Assembly (NCBI RefSeq): GCF_021869535.1
Contig: NW_026262701.1
Coordinates: forward strand, 58,156,001 to 58,220,000
Direction: 5' to 3'
DNA: 64,000 nt
Source: Mytilus californianus
Lineage: Eukaryota
Within the stretch, counting starts at the first letter, position 1, and every line of letters begins with the position of its first letter. Shown here in pieces: positions 40,693 through 53,000 of the stretch. Position numbers and translations under genes: made by a program. The notes under the pieces are model-generated. The model was not told the DNA's origin and ran no database searches. It was given only the letters and a program-made list of their open reading frames with translations.

Positions 40693-42889
40693 TAATTATT
40701 CAATAAAATTCAATGACAGTCTGCATCCATTTTTTTGTCACAGTTATGATCATTAAAATTATTTCCTCAGAAACACTTTTTCTTTAATTTTCATGTACAT
40801 TTATATGTCCTGATCTGCAAAATACAACGCATGAAATTAACATGAAATTAACACATTAACAACAAGGTTCCTGTCAAAACAACAAGGGGTAAACTCAGAT
40901 TTTCTGGATAAAAATAAGTAGTTATTGTCTTACTAGTATTTTCTTAGCAAATAAAGATCTGTTGATCAGTCGCTGTGTGGATATTTTGAATCTACCTTTA
41001 ATTGGTTCAAAATCACATCGTAACTTTGGTCACTGAGCCAATCATTTTAAGTGTTTTGTTATGTGTAAATTTTCATTCTGTCTATAAATTACAATTAGAG
41101 TTATTGCAGAACATAAACCTAATAATATTGTGACAAAAAGCAAAACGAATCTAAAAGACATTATGGTATGTTTTCTAAATTTTACATACATGATTAACAA
41201 TGATTAATATCCAGATTATTTTAATTTATTTTTTTTCCATTTAAAGTCTCAACCTACAAAAAAATTGAAGAGCATTAATGAACAACTAATTGCAAAATTC
41301 TAAAACCATCTATGAATGGGAAAATATACACCCGTTTTGTTTTAATTTTAATTTTTCACCATCTTGTGAAAAATTTCATATCAAAGAAATATGATGTCAA
41401 TACATGAGGTCTAACAACTGGGCTAGTGATTGCCTCGAGGACCAAACGTTCCCCAACATTTGCATCGATGTAGTGGTTTAAAAAAGGCGTATAATTACCA
41501 GACGTCTTAATCTGTACTCGAACAGTTGTGCATGGTACTTTTCTACACATAGCAGTCCTTAGCAGAACAAAAAAAGAACAACCATGTAAACAAGGAGAAA
41601 ATACTACCACCGAAATTCTTTTGTAAAAAGTATGCATAAAAATATCAGTAGATATTCTTCTCAGCATCAAGTACAAATTAATGATATTAAGTATATAATA
41701 ATATTGGGAGAAAATAATTCTTAAAGAAAGAATTTGCTGGTTTTTAGTAGTTCCTCTAAAATAGTGACATAAGACAATGCTATAATTGGTCATTGTCCAA
41801 CAATTTCACAGTTAGATATTTTGTGAAATAACAGATTCTAATATAGGCGATTGTTTTAAACAAGTCATCCCGTCATCATTCAGAAAATACCTTTTTACAT
41901 TTATGACATTTAAATAGAACGTTTCAAATTTATCGTGTTTTATCAGTTGATACCGGCGCTTAAATTACAAAGGTGACTCTTATTTATCATTGCCTTGGAT
42001 CGTACATCAGAAATCAACATTTAATTTTGACATTTTACAAGAATGCTTAATGATTATCGTAGTTTAACAGTTTGAAATTAGCGCTAGAATTACACAGTAA
42101 GTACAAAGGTGACGTTATTTATCATTTCCTCGGATCATACATAAGAAATCAAATTTAACCTGTGACATTTTACAACAATGCTTAACGATTATTGTGGTTT
42201 AACGGTTTGAAATTAGCACTAAAATTTACAGTTTGTACAAAAGTGTCTGTTATTTGAAATACATTGTCTCTGAAAAGACAACATTTATACATACTTTTTA
42301 TAATCTTATACATCAGAAGATTATAAAAGTCACCAACAATCTCTCATCCTGAACAATTTCACATAGCTGACATATAAGAGTAGGGACTTAACTAGAACAG
42401 ATCTGCAACCAAAACAAAATACTATATAATAAAAGAAAAACTGTAAAATATAACAATAAAAAAAACATACTGCCGACGTTTCTGTCTTGATTCTAACGGA
42501 TAACCATAGTTTCAAAAACTATCGAAAATTATCATTTTAAGGAAAAACGACAAGATCATTGCAAAAAAAAAAAAGAAACAACGTAAACAAACAGCAGTCT
42601 ACAAAACACTACAGAGAAAAACGAAAGAAATTAAACACCGGGGTACTTCGAATGGGTAAGTAGATCCTGGTTTGCTGGTTGCAACCATAGTGTTGTTAAT
42701 GGCCAGTTCTACTTCAGTGAAACATTGTGTGTCTCATTTGTCGATGTCATAATCGATGAAAAGAAGACGGTGCTCGGATACGATAACGGGAAAATATTTG
42801 TGGTCACCTGTTGCACAAATTTAGCATGTGTCAGAATAGAACTATCCCAGTAGTTTTACGCAGTTAACATGAAAACTGTTACATAAAAC

Positions 42890-43796
42890 TGTTTTTCTGA
42901 AACTGACATTATCAAGATGCTTGATTTCTTGATTGACAACATATTTGTTACGTTTGGAGGACGTGTTTTTCAACAAAGTGTCGGAATTCCAATGAAAACC
43001 AATTGTGCCCCTCTTCTTGCCGACTTGTTTCCTTATTATTATGAGGCTCACTTCATACAAGAACTTCTTAGGAAGAAAGATAAGAAGTTATCAATATCCT
43101 TTAACTTTACGTTCCGCTATATATATAGATGATGTTCTCTCACTAAATAATACAAAATTTGATGACTATGTTGAACGAATCTATCCCATCGAACTAGAGA
43201 TAAAGGATACTACAGATACAGTTAAGTCTGCCTCATATCTTGACTTACATCTAGAAATTGACAGTGAGGGTCGGTTGAAAACAAAACTTTACGACAGAAG
43301 AGATGATTTCAGCTTCCCAATTGTGAACTTTCCATTTCTATGTAGCAACATTCCAGCAGCGCCTGCATACGGAGTATATATCTCCCAATTGATACGATAT
43401 TCCCGGGCTTGTATTTCCTATCATGATTTCCTTGATAGAGAATTGCTGCTCATAGGGAAGCTATTAAACCAAGAGTACCAAATGGTGAAGTTGAAATCAT
43501 CCCTTCTTAAGTTTTACGGACGCCATCACGAGTTGGTTGACCGTTATGAAATAACCGTTTCACAGATGATATCGGATATGTTCCTTATGTCGTAACTACA
43601 ATACCCTTCCCCTTTCACGAATGAGACCTACAGAATTAGACTATTTACTGGATTTGTAATAACATAAGCTAGACGACGGGTGCCACTTGTGGAGCAGGAT
43701 CTGCTTACCCTTCCGGAGCACCTGAGATCACCCCCAGTTTTTGGTGGGTGCTTAGTCTTTAGTTTTCTATGTTGTGTCATCTGTACTATTATTTGA
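42890..43796 (+). mobile_element. Penelope-like element, second family: RT C-terminal half and 3' tail
   Basis: ORFs 42917-43132 and 43005-43595: QQSVGIPM.TNCAPLLADLF, YIDDVLSL, YLDLHL, AYGVYISQLIRYSRAC. RT is terminal, with no endonuclease after it. Confidence 0.9.
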
Positions 43797-46085
43797 AATT
43801 GAGAATGGAAATGGGGAATGTGTCAAAGAGACAACAACCCGACCATAGAACAGACAACAGCAGAAGGTCACCAACAGGTCTTCAATGCAGTTCAGTGATA
43901 ATGAACGCAATACTAAACTCCAAATTGTACACAAGAAACTAAAATTAAAAATAATACAAGACTAACAAAGGCTAGAGGCTCCTGACTTGGGACAGGCGCA
44001 AAAATGCGGCGATGTTAAACATGTTTATGAGATCTCAACCCTCCCCCTATACCTCTAGCCAATGTAGAAAAGTAAACGCATAACAATACGCACATTAAAA
44101 TTCAGTTCAAGAGAAGTCCGAGTCTGATGTCAGAAGATGTAACCAAAGAAAATAAACAAAATGACAATAATACATAAATAACAACAGACTACTAGCAATT
44201 AACTGACATGCCAGCTCCAGACTTCAATTAAACTGATTGAAAGATTATGTCTTCATCATATGAATATCAGGCACAATCCTTCCCGTTAGGGTTTTAGTAT
44301 CATACCATCATAACATATATGAAAAGAACATAACCCGTGTCATGCCAACAACTGGTTTTTAAATAAATGTGTTTAGTGCCGATGCAAAGACCCTATAAGT
44401 GAATCAATATTAACGCCAAAATATGCAATCTTTAATGACCTGACAACAGTATCGTAACTATATCCCTTCTTAATAAGTCTATTTAAAGGTTTTGTTAGCT
44501 TCAGAGGTGAATACTGACATTTTTGTGCTTTATAAAGAATATTTCCATAAAAAATTGGATGTGAAATACCTGAACGTATAAGAAGTCTGCATGTTGAGCT
44601 ATATTTACGAATGATGTCCTTATACCGATGATAAAATTTAGTAAATGTTTTGACTAGTTTGTGATATCGAAAACCCTGGTGTAATAATTTTTCAGTAATA
44701 CATAAATTTCTCTCGTTAAAATCTAAAACATTGTTACATACACAAGCGAATCGTACAAGTTGAGATATATAAACACCGTAAGATGGTGACAAGGGAACGT
44801 CACCATCTAAAAATGGATAATTAACGATAGGAAATGAAAAATCATCTCTTTTATCATATATTTTAGTATTAAGCTTTCCATTAATGATATAGATATCAAG
44901 ATCGAGGAAAGGGCAGTGGTCATTGTTAGTATTAGCTTTATTTAAAGTAAGTTCAACAGGATAAATTTCTTTAGTATACATACTGAAGTCGTCATTATTG
45001 AGAGCCAAAATATCATCCAAATATCTAAATTATTATTAAATTTGTGTATCAGATGTTGTTTCGATGGGTCTTTGCTGATTTTTGTCATAAATTGTAACTC
45101 ATAGCAATACAAAAAAAGGTCCACAATAAGTGGTGCACAGTTAGTCCCCATTGGAATTCCGATAACCTGACGATAAACGGAATCTCCAAAGCGAACAAAA
45201 ATGTTATCTAGTAAAAATTCAAGGGCATATATAGTATCAAAGCATGTCCAATTGACATAGTTTTTTTGTTTATTGCTACTAAAAAATGACCTAAAAGAGT
45301 TTGAACATATATATTCACATTCTGACTTTTTGAATGCCCATTTAATTAGGTGTGTGAATTCTTTCTTAATGAGAATGTGAGGCAATGTGGTATATAGGGT
45401 AGAAAAATCAAAACTTTGAACAGATTCAAAATCACCAATATATGCATGTAATTTATCAAGTACTTCCAACGAGTTCTTGACACTCCAAAAGTAATTAATT
45501 CCACTATTTTCGAAGGCCTTATTTGAACAATTTATTATCAGGTTTTTGATTGTACCAAGTGTACTGGTAAGAAGAATAGACAATTTAGTAGTGGAACAAT
45601 GGCTTGAAGACGAAATGAATCTATATTTGTAAGGTGTTTTGTGTAGCTTCGGAAGCCAATACATAGTTGGGACTTTCATTGTATTTGGTTCTGCTTGTAA
45701 AGCGGTAGCTTAAAGTTTATGTTTGTTACAGATGTCGTTTTTCTGAAAATGAAGTCAGTTGGAATGTTGGTGAATTGGTGATTTCTTTTTTCAGAACCTC
45801 AATGTAAAATTTACGTCAAACAATAATAATATTATTAGCAGCTTTATCGGCCGGGACAAAAACAAATTCCTTGGCTAGTTCTTTTAGTTTATGTTTGATA
45901 CGAGGAATAGGTTTATTGTGGTTATTGTTAAGAGTAAAATGTTCTTTAAAATGTTGAATACGTATATCAACTATGTTCATTACTGAATTAAAAAAAGAGT
46001 CCAAAGATTTTTTGTCAGCTTTTTCCCGTTTTATCCATTTCAAACAGTAAGTATGGAGTGAGTCGTGGATGATATTACGACACTG
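43797..46085 (-). mobile_element. Second copy of the same Naiad family (RT plus SECIS plus 3' tail), 5'-truncated
   Basis: ORFs 45816-46043, 44942-45679 and 44373-45020 join into a PLE RT (DKAANN, SFDFSTLYTTLPH, GIPMGTNCAP, YLDD) with small frameshifts. Highly similar to 54230-55828 plus 58234-58973. Confidence 0.92.
44245..44333 (-). promoter_or_regulatory. SECIS element (form 2) in the Naiad 3' UTR
   Basis: Minus strand reads UUAUGUUCUUUUCAUAU..AUGAU GGUAUGAU ACU AAA ACCCUAACGGGAAGG AUUGUGCC UGAU..AUAUGAUGAAGACAUAA. This gives AUGA-N12-AA-N25-GA, a fully paired 8-bp helix II, helix I and an apical ministem. Confidence 0.85.
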
Positions 46086-49000
46086 AACGACTGAACTTCG
46101 GAATATATATCATACAGCGTTATATAATGTAAATAAAACGTGATCCTGAGAAATGCATTTACACATACGCCATTGTATGTTGAATTTGTACTTGCTGATA
46201 TTTTAGTTTTAGATACAAGATTGGTTGCTTTTAATTATTTGTTATTTGCTTTGAACTAGTATTCAGTAACCGAGAGTACACTCATATCTGTGATTTGTGT
46301 CTAAGGTGTTTTTGTAAGATACCTGATTTTTTCATTAGTTGTTGTCGGCTTTAAACTAACTGTCAGTAACTGCGAGTAAAATCAGATCTGTACTTTGTGT
46401 TTTTAGTGGCTTTTTTTACTTGTCTTTGTGCTTTGTATCGATCTGATGAGTTATACCCATTTCTAGTTATTTTATTAGCTTTTTATCACGTTGTTCTGTT
46501 ATATATGTTTAACCCTTCCACATTCTATATGTGTTTGTCTCAAATCAGGAGCATGTAATTTAGTGATTGTCATTTGTTGCTGTATATCATATTTTTTTCC
46601 GTCTATTATTTTGTACATAAATCAGGCCATTCTCGTTTGAATTGTTGACATTTATTATTTCGGGGTCATTTATAGAAAGCTATGCCGTCTGGATTCTGGC
46701 GAAAAGTTGTCCCATTGGCAATCCTTCCACATTTTCTTGTCTCTATATTTATAAGGATCTTGTGAAATGCCTGGGGGAATTTGTATACAATTTGAATACC
46801 AGAGAGTATAGGTTTTACGTACGGCAAATTGTTGCATAATAAAATATATTACCCTGTTCTTTGCGCAACATGCATGATTGCCCTATATTATCTTTAGCTG
46901 AAGGATGATTTGGTTACATATACTTGTTTGGTATTAAATTCATAGGAAATGTTCAAGTAAATCTTTGAAGAAACCCAAATATAAAAAAAGAGATGTGGTA
47001 GTATTACCAATGAGTGCAAATAACGTGAATTCAACCTATTATAGGTCACCGTACGGCATTCAACAACGATACAAAGCCATACAAGTCAGTTACACAATTC
47101 TCTAACATGACATAATACGAAACAATTCCAATGACAAAATAATTAGGACAAAATCGATATAATAGACAGCAACTAACCACACACTCTGAATTCCAAGCCA
47201 AATAGTGTTCTCCCAGACTAAAGTATCAATCAGTGTACATGCAACGGATTTGTGTGAGGACATCATACATTGTCAGAGAAAAGTATGATATTGTACAATG
47301 CCAAAATATAAGTACATAGTATCGACAGAATGAAGAACTATAAGTTTTTATAATTGAGTAGCAAAACATATTTAGTTATTTTTTAATTAGTTAAATCAAA
47401 TCAATGTTTGTAACTATAAAACCCATATCCGGGAATATTATTAAGGTGTTAAAATCACATGAATAAGTTTATTCACAGAAGCAATAATTTGGCATGGACC
47501 GTATTCAAATTTACGTTCTTTATCAAAACTAATACCTTAAAAACTAGGATGTGATTTTTTTTATACGAATTTCTACAGAAAAAGCAAAACTTCTAAACCA
47601 AATTTGAGAAATTATGAAAAAATTTAGTAAAGGTTTAAAGCAATTTCATTAGCGTTTGCTGGAACGTAATTAAATAATGCAATCAATTGTCTATCTTGAT
47701 CAAGAGGTCTCCTGTCAGGTCAGATATACCTCTACAAGTGATTAACGATCTTTAGCCGGATTTTCCTCTTTAAAATTGTAATCAGGAGGAACCGTATTTT
47801 TCCTTTGATTCCGATGTTTACTATGTACAAAAACGTATGAATCAGAATGACGTATTTGAAAACAAGAATGAAAATAGATTGTAAAGAAGTCTTTTATTTC
47901 ATTGAAATCTATTTAAAACAAAAGTTAAATCCACAATAACGTTTAAAGAGAAGAGATGGTAGGAGTTTTAATAGATTTTCTTGTCAACAGACAATACTAA
48001 AACATGCAATCGACGTGGTCTCTTTTAGCATTTGTACTTGGGTTTTAACATCAAGCTGTTTTATTACTCCTTTTGTCTTGATACAGGCAATGCAATCATA
48101 TAATATTTCAAAGAAAATAACTGAAATTTGCTTGCTCAAGTTTTTGAATTATAGTTAAAATAAATGTCCCTTTGAATTTTTTTTTTGACTAGCACTAGTA
48201 AAACAATTTTGAAATGAAACCGCAATTTTGATCTTAACAATTCTTAAATGAATGAAGATTTTTTTTAAGTCATTGACAAAAGCTTTACGATGGCCATCAT
48301 GAATCGGTACGATGTGTAGGTGTCTCAACTCACTGACATTTTATCACAGTCCTAGATCTTTGGAAATTTTTAGTATAGTCTTCTGATCTGAAATGTTACT
48401 CAGTGTGCCATATTCTCGATTGTGACATTTTGCCTATGTGTGAATTCGCGGGGCGGGTGATTTATAGCAGGAGACTCTTACCCTGTCGACACACCCGGTG
48501 TCGCTTCGTTTTGAGTTCATGCGATTCCCTCAGTTTGTGTTGGTAGGGTTCGTGTTGTTTAATCGTAGGTTGTGTGTGTAGTGTTTTGTCAATTGTTTTT
48601 ATATTTAATTTGGTTTTTTTTTCTTTTGTCCAATGTGTTGTCTGAATTTCTTGGCATTATGGTTTTGGTATTGCCTTTCTTATCTTTTCCCTCTTTATAC
48701 AGATAGACGATATGTAGATAGTTTGCAAGGTAATTGATCTAGACAAACGTTGCCAAACACTCCGTAATGTAAAAATCACGAGGCACATAATCGATATTAG
48801 AATTATACGAAAGCATTTACAAAAATTAAAAAAAAATGAAATCCTTGTATCTATCATTACTCTTTTTTATTTATTTGGCATGCTGATTTTGCATTATAGC
48901 ATGCAAATAATCTTCTTTCTTCAAGAACACTTACTACAAAATAAGTAATGTCAATAACATCATTCAACTTCTATGACGTAGGTTAATAAGTTCCTATTAT

Positions 49001-49764
49001 TAAATCAGATTAATTAGACTTCAACTTTTACAAATATTGACTTCGTAAAATGACCCCTACATGGTGTTGTTGTTCTTGCCTTTATGCGAAATCTTATGTG
49101 ACTTCCCTTCTGTATGCGTATAAGCGAACTGAGAGTGAGCTTTCATAACCAAAAGTAAATACAAGCATACTTATAAGTATAATATATATCAAAACACAAT
49201 GCCGTACTAGTTTACACTTTCCCGATAAAGGACAAATTAAGTAAAATATAAATACAAGAGTAAACACAATGAAAACAACACGATAAAAAACTCTTTCGTT
49301 CGAGTCGCACCTCTGGACCCACGTGGTTCAGGAACGCTCATACCAAAAACCCGATAATTGGATTCACAAATACCGAGTAACGTCAAGAGTAATACGACGA
49401 AAAGGAACATAATAGCACAAAGACAAATAAGGAAAACTGTAAAAGAGAGACGAAAGATACCAGAGGGACAGTCAAATTCATAGATCGAAAACAAAGCGAC
49501 AACGCCATGGCCAAAAATAAAACAGACAAATAATAGAACAGATGAGACAACATACAAAAACTAAAGACTAAGCCACGAAAAGTAAATATAAAGGTAAAAT
49601 GTAAAGTAGATAAAAAGATACATAGCTTCAACACCTAGAATCTATAACGCAAGACTATCTTGCATTATTTATGTACTAGCCACTGCATATGTATTTACCA
49701 GGTCTAGGTACATTCCGATGAACTCTTTAAGAAAAAAGACGAGACGTTCTTTGATAAAACCCTG

Positions 49765-50090
49765 GCTTATTTATTTTCGCTCAGACACTGATGACGTTTT
49801 ACAAAGTCTGGGTAGCAACTGCAAGCTCTTGAATATTGTATGAGTTTAGGATTGAACATTGTATGAGTTGAGGATTGAATATTGTATGAGTTGAGGATTG
49901 AATATTGTATGAGTTGAGGATTGAATATTGTATGAGTTGAGGATTGAATATTGTATGAGTTGATGATTGAATATTGTATGAGTTGAGGATTGTATATCAT
50001 ACGCGGGTGTAGTTGATATATTGCTGCTAAGATGAGAAAAATTCATAATTTCAATATTGAAAACGATTTGTTGGTCATCAGACGCACCAT
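49765..50090 (-). mobile_element. PLE RT C-terminal fragment containing an internal minisatellite
   Basis: Minus strand encodes IMNFSHLSSNISTTPAYDI...QLIQYSRACSCYPDFVKRHQCLS, homologous to NFP.L.SNIP..PAYG.YISQLIRYSRAC. Confidence 0.75.
49831..49991. repeat. 23-bp minisatellite, 7 copies (GAATATTGTATGAGTTGAGGATT)
   Basis: Counted directly; three single-base variants. Confidence 0.95.
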
Positions 50091-53000
50091 ATTGAAAAAC
50101 GTTTCAAATATCAGAAAATATAAAAAAGGAATGAAGTGATATATAATCATTTTTAATGACAAATTACTTCAATTTCTAAATGACAGCAGTCAAAACTTGA
50201 CTCAAAGTTTCATAAAATTGTATGCTTACTTGGATTCTTAAACGGAATGCAAAGTATAATGTTCACAGAAAACTCCATATTACGTTTGAACATATTCGAA
50301 AATCCGATGTACATGTATAGTGTATTTGTTGGAATTGCATATTAAATTGGACAACAACTTTTAGACATTAGATGAAAAACACAATATAGGAAAAGTTTGA
50401 CGAATAATATCAACATTCAATATTTAGAGAATGGTTTATTGAACAACAATATTATGATATGATATTGAATAGATATAGGAAGATGTGGTATGAGTGCCAA
50501 TGAGACAACTCTCCATCCAAGTTACAATTTATAAAAGTAAACCATTATAGGTCAGGGTACGGCCTTAAACACGGAGCATTGGCTCACACCGAACAGCAAG
50601 CTATAAAGGGCCCCAAAAAATTACTAGTGTAAAACCATTCAAATGGAAAAACCAACGGTCTAATCTATATAAAAACGAGAAACGAGAAACACGTATGAAC
50701 TACATAAACAGACGACAACTACTGTAATCAGATTTCTGACTTAGGACAGGTGCAAACATTTGCAGCGGGATTAAACGTTTTAATGGTACCAAAACTTCTC
50801 CCTTTTCTGAAACAATAGTATAACATCACAACATAGAAAAAACACACTATAAAATATCAATTGGAAGGCTTAACTCAATTGAAGTTCTCTTTACTACTCT
50901 TTGTCTACACAATGTCAATCTCCTAGACTAAAATATTTTGTTTCATGAATTACAATTTAAACATGTTAAAGGTCAATTATAAACCACACATAACACAATT
51001 ATAAAATAATGTTTTCGAACGTGTCTGAAACCGACTTTGCCAAATTTTAAAAATGGGGTATATGTTAAATCAAACAATGTATGCAGTAACGAGAAGTACA
51101 AAGCCAAAGAAAGGAATGTAAATAATAAATAGCAAACATCTGAAAACATTAAAAAAAAAAAAAAAAAAATGAAAAAATAACTCCTACAATTTGCAAACTT
51201 TTATATATAATTTAATCATATGTTTTGACTTATTAAGTGACCTTCTGCAAAATCCTGTTTGTGTCCAACTTAATACCAGGAAGAGTCTATCAATTTGTCC
51301 GATTGATTACGTACATTCATATAGCAAACCATTCCAAATGAGTATTGGAAATACATGAGCAATTTTATTTTGATAGACAAAAGTTAACTTTAACAAAACT
51401 GTTCATCCACATCTTAAGATGATAATGGTCAGGCAGTTTAGATTATATATGTTGCTTCTTTTTGACAAGTAGGAAAGGCAACTTGTCAGATATCTTTAGG
51501 AGGATGCAACAACAATGTTTTTATGTAATTGTTTTTAACAGATTGACATCCGATTACAAAATAAGTGATTTTTACCAAAGGTTTTTTTCAATGAAAATGG
51601 GGTTCATTCTTTATCTGTTTTGTTGAGTGTGTCAAGCATGTCAAGGTGATCATTGCATTCAAAAACATAATCTAATTTATTTCATTAATGAACAGCCTAA
51701 TGGTGCCTCTTTTTCCAAAGAACCACCAATATGTACACGTTTCCGTGCTTAGAATTTCAAATTCACAAATCGGAAAAAAATGAAGTACTGAGTGTCTGGC
51801 AAATCCGAAAAGCGCTATCACGTTTTAACTAATCATGGTTGAGCTACTGCAAATATATGAAGTTATTGTGTTCAGTAGTATTGGATGAATACTTGAGGAA
51901 ACTTTTATTCGACATATTGAAAAGTGTTAAAAGTATCGGCAAACAAGAAGTTATGACAAAAAAATGAAGCCCTTTAAGATTTCAAAGTACACACATTCCT
52001 TGGGATTGTTGATTTAATAAACCAACTATCATATGTCTTCTAATGTATTAGATCGAAGCTATTCGTGTAAGCTTCTTTTTTTAACATGATATGCAAGTAT
52101 TAATATATAGCTTTGCATTTCCAAACTTTTGTTTCTGATTTTTCTTTTCTTTTACCTTTTCCTTTTAGTTTTAGATACCATGAATGGGACAAATGTGTCA
52201 AGATTGAAATGAAAATAGTTACCTTTTCAGTAATGGATGAACGATGTGTATAAAAAAATTGATTGCAGAAATAGTAGTAACATTTGCTAAGGTCACTACA
52301 CAATATAGCCTTAGTAATTCCAAAAAGGGAAACCGATAACTAAAAGACAAACATATCAATCGATGTCAACGTTATATCATATCAATGTATTTTTCTATGT
52401 TTCAGACTCTATGATTTTGTAAGGTCTTAGATGTTTAAACAACAAGATAGAAAAAAATTCAAGCTCGTCGAAAACAAATCGCGTTTTCAATCTATGGAAG
52501 TGCTAATGAAACGTATTTATGATAATGGCGTAGTGATCAACTTTCCCTTCATAAGTCAATTTTATTTCCAATGTTATATACAATGCTCAATTTTAGTCGT
52601 AAATTGAAAAAAAGAGGTAAACAACATTTAAAATTAATGTGTTTAAAAAACCTAAACACATCATGTATATCAAAGTATTATGTTATAACCCCTTACATAG
52701 CTCTTTCTATATACTAAAAAATAGCAGTATGCGTATTTTTGTTTAACTTTTTCATTTTATAGTTGAAACCAGGTATTCCCTCTTATTGTTGCACTAAAGT
52801 GGAACACTTTGAAACTAAGCTCATTATGAGAAAAAAGTCAAGATGGCTGTTACGAAAGAAATAATGAAGTCCTTTAAAATTTTATTGTACACACAATCCT
52901 TGAGATTGCTGATTCAAGTTGACGAACCGCTCATGTGTCTTCTATTGTATTAGATCTGGACTATTCATTGAAGCTCTTTTTTTGTTAGCTCGCTGTTCAT

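Noticed and set aside
43596-43796. SECIS in the 3' tail of the second PLE family
   Set aside because: An ATGA is present but I could not form the AA loop, helix II and GA core, and no Cys-position TGA was seen in its RT fragments.
46443-46449. CTGATGA hits here and at 4877, 14339, 49788, 59456 and 62758 as hammerheads
   Set aside because: No correctly placed stem II, GAAA and NUH around them.
51240-51860. Coding-like stretch in duplicate copy 2
   Set aside because: The frames I translated are interrupted and match no family I recognise.
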